Assembly: GCA_900766735.1 (NCBI GenBank)
Contig: CAAFWO010000052.1
Coordinates: 58,539 to 122,538 of the forward strand
DNA: 64,000 nucleotides
Reading direction: 5' to 3'
DNA from: Clostridia bacterium
GTDB taxonomy: Bacteria > Bacillota > Clostridia > CAKSNL01 > HGM11501
In this document: positions 37,574 to 47,051 of the stretch, in pieces
Numbering within the stretch: position 1 is the stretch's first letter
Layout of the letters: each line of letters opens with the position of its first letter
The notes under the pieces: generated by a model
Seen by the model: the letters and a program-made list of their open reading frames with translations, nothing else
The model's database searches: none
What the model was told of the DNA's origin: nothing
Made by a program: the position numbers and the translations under genes

Positions 37574-40252
37574 ATGAAAAGGATATGCTTGATCTTGACG
37601 GCGCTGGCGCTTTGTCTCACACTCGTGCCGGCATATGCCGCCGGCGAGATGGCGGTTTCGGACGCAGATTTTAAATCGGCCGAAGGGTACGACGTAAGAG
37701 ATTCGCTCACCGTGCTGAACGACGGGGGATATTTCGGCTTTGCCGGGGTGGACTTATCGGGCATAAAGTCCGTCACCGTCAAGGCAAAGTGCTCTATGCC
37801 CTACGGCACGAACGGGGACACGCTCGCCGTCGTTTTGGACGACCCCAAAAAAGGCGGGGATATCGGCTACGTCTTAATAAATTCCGAGTATGAGACGGAA
37901 TTTAGCGCAAACATCAAAGAGACGGCCGGCAAGCACGACGTTTATTTTGTTTCGTGCTACGGCAATAACTTTTATAACTCGTACATATCGGTTGAATTTA
38001 ATAAAGAGGCTGTTAAAAACGAGCTTTCCCCGGTTCCCGATGAAAAAATAATTGACCATTACTCCGACACCTGGGCGCTGACGGATTCGCTCGGGCGCGA
38101 GGCGGCATCATACGCCGAGGCGGGAGAGGTCAAGACGGGCGATCACTATGTCGGCATGATGTACTGGAACTGGCATTCATCATCCGACACTCTGCCGCTG
38201 GTCATAAGCGAGGTCATCAAAAATCACCCGGAGGCGAAGGAGGACTACTCAAACTCCGCATGGGGAACGGGCGAGACCTGGTGGGACGAGCCGGTTCTTG
38301 GCTTTTACTCGGGCGAGGACTATTTCGTTTACCGCCGCCACGCCGCAATGCTTGCCGCGGCAGGAGTGGACTTTTTGCTCTTTGATTACACCAACGTCGA
38401 TATGACGTTTACGCGCAACTTAAACGTGATGTTAAAGGCGTTTCACGACTCGCGAGAGGCGGGCGTTAATGTGCCGAAGCTCTCGGCATATTTCGGCGGT
38501 CCGCAAAATGCGGCGAGCGCGATAAAGTCCTTCCGGATGAATTTCCTCGGAAACGAGGACTATTCAGACCTTTTGTTCATATGGGACGGCAAGCCGGCGG
38601 TCGTTATAAGGCCTTTGACCGAAATCGGCCGGTATATCGTGAATAACTCCGAGAGAGATAAAAAGCTGATACAGGATATTTACAAAAAAATTACCGTCAG
38701 AACCCCGGGTAACAGGCAAAACGGGCAGGATGGCGGCACCCCGGCGTGGATCTGGCTTGAGAACTACCCCCTTCACGAGTGGGGCGCTCACCGCGACGAC
38801 GGAAGGGTCGAGGCGATGACCGTCGGCGTTTCCATCAACCATTCGTATGTATATAACTACACCTACACTGGCGTCGCGTCCGATCCTTATACGAAGGGCA
38901 GAGCATACACCGAAGGCTTCGGCGAGGGGGACGACCCGAGGAGCGGCGCGTTCTTCCGCGAGCAGAGCGCACAGGTGCTCGATGTTGACCCGGCGATCGT
39001 CATAATCGACGGGTGGAATGAGTTTAAGGCGACGCGCCAGCAAAACTACGCAGGCTTTAAAAACGCGTTTGTCGACACGTTTGACTCAGAAAACAGCCGC
39101 GACTTAGAGCCGGTTAAGGGCATTTTGAAAGACGACGGCTATGTGATGTTAGTCGACTTCATCAGAAAATACAAGGGCGTTCGCCCGGCACCGGCCGCGT
39201 CGGAGGAAAAGACTATCGACCTTTCGGGCTCACCGGAGCAGTGGAGCGGCGTTTTGCCCGAATACTTAAACTATTATGACGCATATGAGCGCACGGACAA
39301 GGGGCAGGGCGCAGTCTATGAAGGCAGGACCGTCAACTCCATCGAGAGCGCAAAGGTTGCGCGCGACGGGGAAAAGATATACTTCCTCGTCAAGTGCAGG
39401 GGCAATATCGACAAGACCGCGACGGAATTTTTGCACCTTTACATAAATTCCGACCGCAACTATGCGACGGGCCGGGAGGGCTATGACTTTGCGGCAGGCC
39501 GCACAAAGGGCGCTCTGGAAAAGTACGAGGACGGAAGCTGGATAAAGGTCGCGGACTTAAGCTACACCGTTACGGGCGAATATCTGATGTTTGAGATTCC
39601 GAGAGCGGTTTTAAACCTCGGCGATGAGCTGAACTTTGAATTTAAATGGGTGGACTCAGCCGGAGAGATCGCGACCGGGGAGATTTTGGACCTTTATAAG
39701 ACGGGCTCGGCCGCTCCCCTGGGAAGATTTAACTATGTTTACACCGAAAAAGCGGAAAAGACCCTTTCTTCAGCAGAGCGCGGAAGGCTTTACGGCACGG
39801 CGGTATTTAAGGCAGGCTCTTCAAAAATGAACGTTTCGGGCGCAAGGATGGACATTTATACCGACAGTAAAGTGACGGCGGTTGAATCCGGCGGCACGCT
39901 CTATATTCCGTACACCGCGTTTGAGGACGTTTTATACGGCGAGTCCAAGGCCGAGTATGACCCGGGCGACAACACGCTCCACCTCTCTTGCTTTGACTTA
40001 GAGGAGAGGGACATAAAGAACGAGCTTTGGACATATTCGGTTCTCGGAAGCTTTGAGGCCAAGGTGAACGGGCGCGCGAAAGCGCTTTCGCACCCGACGG
40101 CGCTCATTAACGGGATCATCTGTATCCCGGTGACGTATTTTTCCGACTGCCTCGGCTTTGAGCTTTATGAAAAGGACGGCGTCTATGCCGTTTCACGCTA
40201 CGGAAAAGCGCCGGAGAGCGACGTTTTGGCCGCGGCAGATCTTCTTGACTGA
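37574..40252 (+). CDS. Large secreted protein: signal peptide, CBM-like N-domain, central putative glycoside-hydrolase-like domain, and a C-terminal copper-amine-oxidase N-terminal-like domain
   Basis: Signal peptide. Paralogous to the gene at 57850-60597. Glycosidase-like motifs include DGWNEF. The C-terminal ~130 aa match the CuAO N-domain pattern. Confidence 0.6.
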   Translation: MKRICLILTALALCLTLVPAYAAGEMAVSDADFKSAEGYDVRDSLTVLNDGGYFGFAGVDLSGIKSVTVKAKCSMPYGTNGDTLAVVLDDPKKGGDIGYVLINSEYETEFSANIKETAGKHDVYFVSCYGNNFYNSYISVEFNKEAVKNELSPVPDEKIIDHYSDTWALTDSLGREAASYAEAGEVKTGDHYVGMMYWNWHSSSDTLPLVISEVIKNHPEAKEDYSNSAWGTGETWWDEPVLGFYSGEDYFVYRRHAAMLAAAGVDFLLFDYTNVDMTFTRNLNVMLKAFHDSREAGVNVPKLSAYFGGPQNAASAIKSFRMNFLGNEDYSDLLFIWDGKPAVVIRPLTEIGRYIVNNSERDKKLIQDIYKKITVRTPGNRQNGQDGGTPAWIWLENYPLHEWGAHRDDGRVEAMTVGVSINHSYVYNYTYTGVASDPYTKGRAYTEGFGEGDDPRSGAFFREQSAQVLDVDPAIVIIDGWNEFKATRQQNYAGFKNAFVDTFDSENSRDLEPVKGILKDDGYVMLVDFIRKYKGVRPAPAASEEKTIDLSGSPEQWSGVLPEYLNYYDAYERTDKGQGAVYEGRTVNSIESAKVARDGEKIYFLVKCRGNIDKTATEFLHLYINSDRNYATGREGYDFAAGRTKGALEKYEDGSWIKVADLSYTVTGEYLMFEIPRAVLNLGDELNFEFKWVDSAGEIATGEILDLYKTGSAAPLGRFNYVYTEKAEKTLSSAERGRLYGTAVFKAGSSKMNVSGARMDIYTDSKVTAVESGGTLYIPYTAFEDVLYGESKAEYDPGDNTLHLSCFDLEERDIKNELWTYSVLGSFEAKVNGRAKALSHPTALINGIICIPVTYFSDCLGFELYEKDGVYAVSRYGKAPESDVLAAADLLD

Positions 40253-40265
40253 AGGAGGGCGGAAT

Positions 40266-41711
40266 ATGAAAAAAATATTTGCAATATTAACGGTTCTTTG
40301 CCTCGCCCTTTCACCGGCGGTGAGCATGGCGATCTCGGACGGCGAACGTAAGACCGACCCGGTGCTTGCAGATAAGTCGGCATGGGTCATTTCGGCAAGC
40401 TCGGAATTTTCCGAGTGGACGGGCGTAAAGGCGGCGTTTGACGATAATGCCGACACGTTCTGGCACTCAAAATACACCGCAGAGAACGGACAGGTGACCT
40501 GGACTGAACCCGCGCCGTACGAGATTATAGTTACATTCCCGGAAAAGACCTTTATTTCGGGAATGACCTATCAGCCGAGGTCGAGCATCGGCGGAACTAT
40601 CACAAAGTGCGAGATATATGCCTCGGCGGCGACTTCGGGTGAGATGACGCTTTTGACTGTGGCTGAGATGACGCCGGACATCGGCTTTAAGACCGTGAAT
40701 TTCTATGCCAACGTCGAAGTCAAAAGAATCAAGCTAAACATCACCGATACGGTCGGCACGGTCGGTACCGCGGCAGAGATCGATTTTCTTGAAAAGAATG
40801 ACGCTCTGAAATCTGTCGCACTCGGAAAATATGCAGAGTATGAGGCAGAAAACAAGCTCTATCTTATCGGTTCGGCGCACTTCGCGGCAAAAAGCGAGAC
40901 CCCGGTCTGGGCGGGGCACGACGTTTCGTCGATGTTTGACGGCGGCGTGAACAGCTTCTGGCAGACGGAGGCGACGGAATTTCCTGTTTCGTTTGACATT
41001 AATATGAAAGATGCACAGGAGATCTCAAGGATCGAGTGCCTTCCCAGGCAGTCGGACGACTGTCACGGAAACTGGAAGGCGTTCGAGATATGGGCAGGGG
41101 ACAGCGAAGAAGCGCTCACAAAGGTCTATGAAACCGACGATTCACCCAAAAACCTTGACAGAAAGATAATTGAATTTAAAACTCCGCTTAAGGCAAAATA
41201 TTTAAGATTCGTTATTAACGACGCTTTTGCAAGCCGCGCGTCGTGTGCTGAGCTTTACTTTTATCAGACCAAAGAGGCAAAGGACAGGGCGGAGAAAGAA
41301 AAATATGAAAAGTATGTCTTAAGGGTCGGCGAGAAGAAAATAACGGTTACCCGTGGCGGCTCGACATACGAAAAGGAGCTTGACACCGCGCCATATATCT
41401 ATCCCGGCAAGGGAACGACAATGATCCCTCTGCGCGGACTCGTTGAAGAGATGGGCGGCAAGATCGAATGGAACGCTGAGAACGAGAGAATCACGATCAG
41501 CGCGCCGACAGGCAGGATCGAAATGTATGTTCAGAAAAAGACGGTTTTATCCGAGCACCCTAACTACGGCATGGTGCGCTACACTCTTTCCGTCGCGCCC
41601 AAGATCAAAGATTCGCGCACGTTCATTCCGCTCAGGTTTGTGTCAGAGCACCTTGGCTATAACGTCACCTGGAACGGCGAGACGAGAGAAATTACGATAG
41701 AGAAAAAGTAA
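40266..41711 (+). CDS. Secreted protein with tandem discoidin (F5/8 type C)-like domains and a C-terminal CuAO N-terminal-like domain
   Basis: The repeated pattern ASS...AFDDNADTFWHS fits a discoidin domain. The C-terminus reads RTFIPLRFVSEHLGYNVTWNG. Confidence 0.6.
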   Translation: MKKIFAILTVLCLALSPAVSMAISDGERKTDPVLADKSAWVISASSEFSEWTGVKAAFDDNADTFWHSKYTAENGQVTWTEPAPYEIIVTFPEKTFISGMTYQPRSSIGGTITKCEIYASAATSGEMTLLTVAEMTPDIGFKTVNFYANVEVKRIKLNITDTVGTVGTAAEIDFLEKNDALKSVALGKYAEYEAENKLYLIGSAHFAAKSETPVWAGHDVSSMFDGGVNSFWQTEATEFPVSFDINMKDAQEISRIECLPRQSDDCHGNWKAFEIWAGDSEEALTKVYETDDSPKNLDRKIIEFKTPLKAKYLRFVINDAFASRASCAELYFYQTKEAKDRAEKEKYEKYVLRVGEKKITVTRGGSTYEKELDTAPYIYPGKGTTMIPLRGLVEEMGGKIEWNAENERITISAPTGRIEMYVQKKTVLSEHPNYGMVRYTLSVAPKIKDSRTFIPLRFVSEHLGYNVTWNGETREITIEKK

Positions 41712-41760
41712 AAGAAGTGAGTTTTTAAGGCTTTATGGTAAAATGAAGAGGGGGGATTTT

Positions 41761-42234
41761 ATGAAGCTTTTATTTAAGCAGCGTTTTTTCTCGTGGTTTG
41801 ATTCATATGACATTTATTACGAGGACGGGAGCACGGCATATACGGTCGGGGGAAAGCTCGCCTGGGGGCACAAGCTCGTTATTTCCGACCCGTCGGGAAA
41901 CGAGGTCGGAATGCTCCGCGAGGTGATCTTTTCGTGGTTTCCGCGTTTTGAATTTTTCATAAACGGAAATTATGTGGGCGCTGTCAAAAAGGAATTTTCG
42001 TTTTTCAGGCCGCGCTATAATGTCGACTTTAAGTCCTGGTCGGTCGTCGGCAACTTCTGGGAGTGGGACTATGAAATTTCGTCCCCGTCGGGGCACATCG
42101 CCTCGGTATCCAAAAAGCCTTTCAATTTTACCGATACATATCAGATCGATGTTTCCGACCCGTCGGACGCGCTCGGCGCTCTTTTGGTCGTCCTCGCGAT
42201 CGACGCGGAAAAATGCACGAGATCAAACACTTGA
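41761..42234 (+). CDS. LURP-one-related/YxjI family protein (tubby C-terminal-like fold)
   Basis: Size and a repeated beta-strand pattern (FFSWFDSYDIY...KKEFSFFRPRYNV...). Confidence 0.45.
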   Translation: MKLLFKQRFFSWFDSYDIYYEDGSTAYTVGGKLAWGHKLVISDPSGNEVGMLREVIFSWFPRFEFFINGNYVGAVKKEFSFFRPRYNVDFKSWSVVGNFWEWDYEISSPSGHIASVSKKPFNFTDTYQIDVSDPSDALGALLVVLAIDAEKCTRSNT

Positions 42235-42257
42235 CAATTTTTAAAAAGCGAGTATAA
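42232..42257 (+). promoter_or_regulatory. Consensus-like promoter TTGACA-N16-TATAAT overlapping the stop codon of the upstream gene
   Basis: Perfect hexamers, followed 15 nt later by a terminator-like hairpin (42270-42302). Confidence 0.35.
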
Positions 42258-42269
42258 TAATATAAAACA

Positions 42270-42302
42270 AAGGCGTTTTGCATGGGTGCAAAGCGCCTTT
42301 TT
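42270..42302 (+). terminator. Terminator/attenuator hairpin (ggcgttttgca-tgg-gtgcaaagcgcc followed by a T-run)
   Basis: An 11-bp stem (one G-U pair) followed by TTTTTGCTT. It lies between the promoter and the downstream ATG. Confidence 0.5.
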
Positions 42303-42320
42303 GCTTAAGGAGATGTTTTT

Positions 42321-43043
42321 ATGAAACCGTTGATCGGCGTTATGCCGCTTATAGATTATGAAAAGGAGAGCCTCTGGATGCTCCCGGGCTATATGGAGGG
42401 ACTTATCGAAGCCGGTGCCGCGCCCGTGATGTTTCCGCTGACGGATGACGACGCGGTGCTTGGCACGCTTTGCGGCAGGATGGACGGATTTTTATTCACC
42501 GGAGGACAGGACGTTTCGCCCTCGCTTTATGGCGAAAAAGTGCGTTTTTCAAATGTTTCGCCCTCGCCCGAGCGCGACAGGGAGGAAAAAAAGGTGCTCT
42601 CCTATGCATTGGAGCACGATGTGCCGGTTCTTGGCATCTGCCGCGGCATCCAGTTTTTAAATGCATTTCTGGGCGGCACGCTCTATCAGGATATTCCTAA
42701 TGAGCACCAAGGGGCAAACCACTGCCAGAAGCCGCCATACGACGCGCCGTGCCACATGGTGAAAATCCTTCCCGGTACGCCAATGCAAAAGCTCTTAAAA
42801 AAGAACAGTATGGGAGTAAACAGCTATCACCACCAGGCGATAAAAAAGCTTTCGGAGCGCTTAGTGCCGGAGGCCGTGTCTTCCGACGGGCTGACGGAGG
42901 CCGTCTATATGCCGGATAAAAGCTATGTGCACGCCTGCCAGTGGCACCCGGAGTTTTCCTATAAGGTGAATGAGGACAGCAAGAAAATTTTTTGTGAATT
43001 CGTGCGCCATTCTATTGACTTAATGCGAAAAAAAGAGATATAA
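42321..43043 (+). CDS. Class-I glutamine amidotransferase, gamma-glutamyl-GABA hydrolase (PuuD)/peptidase C26 family
   Basis: Catalytic Cys in the LGICRGIQ motif, and a His...Glu pair near the C-terminus. Confidence 0.75.
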   Translation: MKPLIGVMPLIDYEKESLWMLPGYMEGLIEAGAAPVMFPLTDDDAVLGTLCGRMDGFLFTGGQDVSPSLYGEKVRFSNVSPSPERDREEKKVLSYALEHDVPVLGICRGIQFLNAFLGGTLYQDIPNEHQGANHCQKPPYDAPCHMVKILPGTPMQKLLKKNSMGVNSYHHQAIKKLSERLVPEAVSSDGLTEAVYMPDKSYVHACQWHPEFSYKVNEDSKKIFCEFVRHSIDLMRKKEI

Positions 43044-43072
43044 TAATAAAAAACGAAAAGGAGCAAAACGAA

Positions 43073-43645
43073 TTGAAAGCTTTTTTTGAAAAAACCAAGT
43101 CAGGCTCATATGTCGGAAGCGTGCTTTTCGCGATCCTCGGCATCATGCTTTTGATCAACCCCGGCATGTCGTTTGACGTTTTGTGCGTCAGCGTCGGCAT
43201 GATATTTTTAATTTTTGCCGTCGTCAACATCATTATGAATTTAAGATCGCCCGTTCCTTTTGTATTCGGCGCGTTCTTGATATGCGATATTGTGATCGGC
43301 GTCGCAGGGATATATTTCATTTCCGCGCCGGCGCTTGTTAAAGGCATTATCCCCGTTGTGCTCGGAATATTGATGATATACCACGCGGTGACGGATATAA
43401 GAGCCTCTGTCGCGATGAAGGAGCTCGGCGGAAAGTATAAGGGCATGATGGCGGTCGGCGTCGTTACGCTCATCATCGCGCTTTTGGTGCTGTTTGACCC
43501 GTTCTCCGCCGGAGATGTGATGATAAGGCTCATCGGCGCGGCGTTTTTATATGACGGCATTTCCGCGCTCATCGTTATGCTCTCGCTCTCGCACAGGGAG
43601 AAGGAGAACAAAAAGGCAAAGACCGTTAACTACCGCGAAGTTTAG
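43073..43645 (+). CDS. HdeD/DUF308-family membrane protein
   Basis: Six TM helices with the repeated GxxxxxG pattern typical of HdeD. It has a TTG start. Confidence 0.5.
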   Translation: MKAFFEKTKSGSYVGSVLFAILGIMLLINPGMSFDVLCVSVGMIFLIFAVVNIIMNLRSPVPFVFGAFLICDIVIGVAGIYFISAPALVKGIIPVVLGILMIYHAVTDIRASVAMKELGGKYKGMMAVGVVTLIIALLVLFDPFSAGDVMIRLIGAAFLYDGISALIVMLSLSHREKENKKAKTVNYREV

Positions 43646-43647
43646 TA

Positions 43648-43676
43648 TTGATTTTTTCACCGGTTGGTGCTATAAT
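43648..43676 (+). promoter_or_regulatory. Sigma-A promoter TTGATT-N17-TATAAT (extended -10 TGc) for ilvE
   Basis: Hexamers with 17-nt spacing, ~30 nt upstream of the ATG. Confidence 0.5.
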
Positions 43677-43708
43677 TAAAAAAGACAAAATGCAAAGGGG
43701 CGTTAATA

Positions 43709-44734
43709 ATGGAAAAGAAAAATATTGACTGGTCGTCGCTCGGCTTCGGATATATCAAGACCGACTACAGATTTGTTTCGAATTATAAAGACGGCGCGTG
43801 GGACGACGGCGTTATGACAGAGGACGCTGAGGTAAAGATCAGCGAGTGCGCCGGCGTGTTACAGTATGCGCAGACCTGCTTTGAGGGAATGAAGGCATAC
43901 ACGACCGAGGACGGAAGAACCGTCGTTTTCAGACCGGACTTAAACGCGGAGCGTATGGCAAACTCGGCCAGAAGGCTTGAGATGCCGGCATTCCCGGAGG
44001 ACAGGTTTGTTGACGCCGTGTTAAAGACCGTTAAGGCGAACGAGGCTTATGTTCCGCCGTTCGGCTCGGGCGCGACGCTTTATATCCGCCCTTATATGTT
44101 CGGATCAGACCCCGTTATCGGCGTTAAGCCGTCAAACGAATATCAGTTCAGAATCTTCACGACCCCCGTCGGCCCTTACTTTAAGGGCGGCGCGAAGCCC
44201 ATCACCATCAAAGTATCGGACTTTGACAGGGCGGCACCCAACGGCACGGGTCACGTTAAGGCCGGCCTTAACTATGCAATGAGCCTTCACGCTATCGTGA
44301 CGGCGCATAACGAGGGCTTTGCCGAGAATATGTATCTTGACGCGAAGACGCGCACCAAGGTTGAGGAGACAGGAGGAGCGAACTTCATTTTCGTTACGAA
44401 GGACAATAAGGTCGTAACGCCGAAGTCGTCAAGCATTCTGCCTTCGATCACGCGCCGCTCGCTCATCACCGTCGCGAAGGACTATCTGGGTCTCGAAGTC
44501 GAGGAGAGAGAGGTTGAGTTCTCCGAGGTGGCGGACTTTGCCGAGTGCGGACTTTGCGGAACTGCGGCAGTTATCTCGCCCGTCGGCAAGATCTATGACC
44601 ACGGCAGGGAGATCGCGTTCCCGTCCGGCATGGAGGAAATGGGCCCCATCACCAAGAAATTATACGAAACTCTCACCGGAATCCAGATGGGCAGGATCGA
44701 AGCTCCCGAGGGCTGGATCAGGGTTATCGAATAA
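43709..44734 (+). CDS. ilvE: Branched-chain-amino-acid aminotransferase (class IV PLP enzyme)
   Basis: Typical BCAT sequence over 341 aa (EGMKAY, a catalytic Lys region, and the ...GTAAVI motif). Confidence 0.85.
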   Translation: MEKKNIDWSSLGFGYIKTDYRFVSNYKDGAWDDGVMTEDAEVKISECAGVLQYAQTCFEGMKAYTTEDGRTVVFRPDLNAERMANSARRLEMPAFPEDRFVDAVLKTVKANEAYVPPFGSGATLYIRPYMFGSDPVIGVKPSNEYQFRIFTTPVGPYFKGGAKPITIKVSDFDRAAPNGTGHVKAGLNYAMSLHAIVTAHNEGFAENMYLDAKTRTKVEETGGANFIFVTKDNKVVTPKSSSILPSITRRSLITVAKDYLGLEVEEREVEFSEVADFAECGLCGTAAVISPVGKIYDHGREIAFPSGMEEMGPITKKLYETLTGIQMGRIEAPEGWIRVIE

Positions 44735-44848
44735 TTTTTAAAAAATTTAAAAAAATACTTGCATTAGACCGGAAAGTATGATATACTATAAAAAGTTAAT
44801 GACTGTCGGCAAAATCCGACGGCCGAAATGAACGAGAGGTGAACGAGA

Positions 44849-45055
44849 ATGAAGCAGGGAATTCATCCGGATTACAAGCAGACAACAATCAGGTGTGCGT
44901 GCGGAGAAGTAATTGAAACCGGTTCCACAAAAGAGAACATATCGGTCGAAATTTGTTCCAAGTGCCATCCTTTCTATACAGGTAAGCAGAAGCTTGTTGA
45001 TACAGGCGGCCGTGTAGAAAGATTCAGAAAGAAATTTAATCTTGAAAACAAATAA
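44849..45055 (+). CDS. rpmE: 50S ribosomal protein L31 (Zn-ribbon type, CxxC...CxxC)
   Basis: [10 protein letters not shown]...CACG...[10 protein letters not shown]. Confidence 0.9.
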   Translation: MKQGIHPDYKQTTIRCACGEVIETGSTKENISVEICSKCHPFYTGKQKLVDTGGRVERFRKKFNLENK

Positions 45056-45080
45056 AAGCGGAAATATTTCCGCTTTTTTT
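45053..45080 (+). terminator. Rho-independent terminator after rpmE
   Basis: agcggaaat-atttccgct hairpin followed by a T7 run. Confidence 0.65.
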
Positions 45081-45145
45081 GTTTTTAAACCTTGTCACGG
45101 GGAGCAAAAAATGCTATAATATAAATTGACTAATTGTGGAGAAAG

Positions 45146-45673
45146 ATGCGTATGAAAATCAAGGTGGATCACCTTACTTCAAAGGAATTTTCCGAATATG
45201 CGGACAGCACGTTTGCAAAGCCTGTGAAGATGTCGCTCGGCATTTTTTTGGGCATTATTATGATAGTTTTGGCCTGCCTTCTTTTCACGGGCAAGGGGGG
45301 CGGAGCGGTGAAGCCTTTATTTATCACCGCGTTCATTTTGGCGGCACTTTACATTCTCTCCGGTGCGGTTTTAGGCACTGCCTATAAAAAGTCCGGCCTT
45401 TCGGGCACAAGGTGCGCCTACAGCCTTGATGAGGACGGAATGGACATTAAGATGGGCGACCTTTCGGGCGACCTTTCGTGGAGCTATGTTAAATATGTTA
45501 AGGAGACGAAAAATCTTTTTATCATAAGGGCGAAGGGAAGCCAGTTCATCATTCCCAAGCGGTGCTTAAAGTCCGCCGAGTTTCGGGAATTTATTAAAAA
45601 CACTCTGCCGGAGGAAAAGATAAAACGGCTGAAATATACTATTGATAAGGAAACCGAAGATAATGGCGATTGA
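45146..45673 (+). CDS. YcxB-like membrane protein (two TM helices plus a PH-like domain)
   Basis: A consensus promoter (TTGTCA-N17-TATAAT) lies upstream. Topology and size fit the YcxB family. Confidence 0.4.
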   Translation: MRMKIKVDHLTSKEFSEYADSTFAKPVKMSLGIFLGIIMIVLACLLFTGKGGGAVKPLFITAFILAALYILSGAVLGTAYKKSGLSGTRCAYSLDEDGMDIKMGDLSGDLSWSYVKYVKETKNLFIIRAKGSQFIIPKRCLKSAEFREFIKNTLPEEKIKRLKYTIDKETEDNGD

Positions 45674-47051
45674 GAAAACCGACGAAGCGCTCGTTATGAA
45701 ACAGCGCGAAATTATGGAAGAAATAAATCATCTGCCGCACGGGGGCAAAAAAAGCCTTATATACACCCTCGGCTGTCAGCAGAACGAGAGCGATTCGGAA
45801 AAGCTTTCCGGAATGCTCAAAAAAATGGGCTATACGCCGACCGAGAACCCCGAGGAGGCGGATGTTATTTTGTTTAACACCTGCGCCGTGAGGGAGAATG
45901 CCGAAAAAAAGCTTTTCGGAAGGGTCGGTGCATTGAAGCCCTTAAAAGAGAAGAATCCCGAGCTTTTGCTCGGCGTGTGCGGCTGTATGGCGCAGGAGGC
46001 CGGAATGGAGGAAAAATTCCGCCGCCGTTACCGCTTTGTGGACATGGTGTTCGGCACGCACGCATTATACAGATTCCCCGAGATTCTTAAAAAAGCATTG
46101 AGCGAAAGAACACAGGTGAGAGACGTTTCGGATATTGACGGAGAGGTGACGGAAGGCATCCCGGTCGACCGCGCGAGCAGCGTGAAAAGCTATGTCTCCG
46201 TTATGTACGGCTGCAACAACTTCTGCTCATACTGCATCGTGCCCTATGTGCGCGGCCGCGAGAGGAGCAGAGACTATCGTGACGTTATAAACGAAGTGCG
46301 TGAAATTGCGGACTCGGGCTGTAAGGAGATCATGCTTTTGGGGCAAAACGTCAACTCCTATAACGGCGGGGGGGACTTTCCGGAGCTTTTGTATAAGGTG
46401 AGCGAGGTGCCGGGGATCGAGCGCATCCGCTTTATGAGCTCCCACCCGAAAGATATAAGCAGCGAGCTTATCTCCGTTATGGCCGAGAGGGAAAACATTT
46501 GCAACCAGCTTCATCTTCCCGTCCAGTCCGGAAGCGACAGGATATTAAAGCTGATGAACAGGCACTATAACACGGAGCACTACCTTTCCATTGTGGACGA
46601 GGTTAAAAGTAAGATACCCGATGTGACGCTGACGACCGACATTATCGTCGGCTTTCCGGGGGAGACGGATGAGGACTTTTTAAAAACCGTTGAGCTGTTA
46701 AAAACGGTGCGCTATGACAGCATCTTTTCGTTCATATATTCAAAGAGGACAGGCACTCCGGCCGAAAAAATGGCGGATGTGATGACAGAGGAGCACAAGC
46801 ACGAGAACTTTTCAAAAATGCTTGAGATTCAAAACGAAATTTCGCTTGAGAAAAATAAGGCGCTCATCGGCTCGGTTCAGTCCGTCCTGGTCGAGGGGCA
46901 AAGCAAGACCGATCATGATAAGATGAGCGGCCGCTCCGAGGGCGGAAAGCTTGTTCACTTTTCGTCAGACGCTGTTCGCCCGGGAGATATTGTGAAGGTT
47001 AAAATAGAAAGCGTTAACACGTGGACGCTTTCGGGAAAGCTTGAGGAATGA
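45663..47051 (+). CDS. miaB: tRNA-2-methylthio-N6-dimethylallyladenosine synthase (radical-SAM MTTase)
   Basis: MTTase N-domain (YTLGCQQNESDSE), a CxxxCxxC radical-SAM motif (CNNFCSYC) and a TRAM domain. It lies upstream of mutS. Confidence 0.8.
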   Translation: MAIEKTDEALVMKQREIMEEINHLPHGGKKSLIYTLGCQQNESDSEKLSGMLKKMGYTPTENPEEADVILFNTCAVRENAEKKLFGRVGALKPLKEKNPELLLGVCGCMAQEAGMEEKFRRRYRFVDMVFGTHALYRFPEILKKALSERTQVRDVSDIDGEVTEGIPVDRASSVKSYVSVMYGCNNFCSYCIVPYVRGRERSRDYRDVINEVREIADSGCKEIMLLGQNVNSYNGGGDFPELLYKVSEVPGIERIRFMSSHPKDISSELISVMAERENICNQLHLPVQSGSDRILKLMNRHYNTEHYLSIVDEVKSKIPDVTLTTDIIVGFPGETDEDFLKTVELLKTVRYDSIFSFIYSKRTGTPAEKMADVMTEEHKHENFSKMLEIQNEISLEKNKALIGSVQSVLVEGQSKTDHDKMSGRSEGGKLVHFSSDAVRPGDIVKVKIESVNTWTLSGKLEE

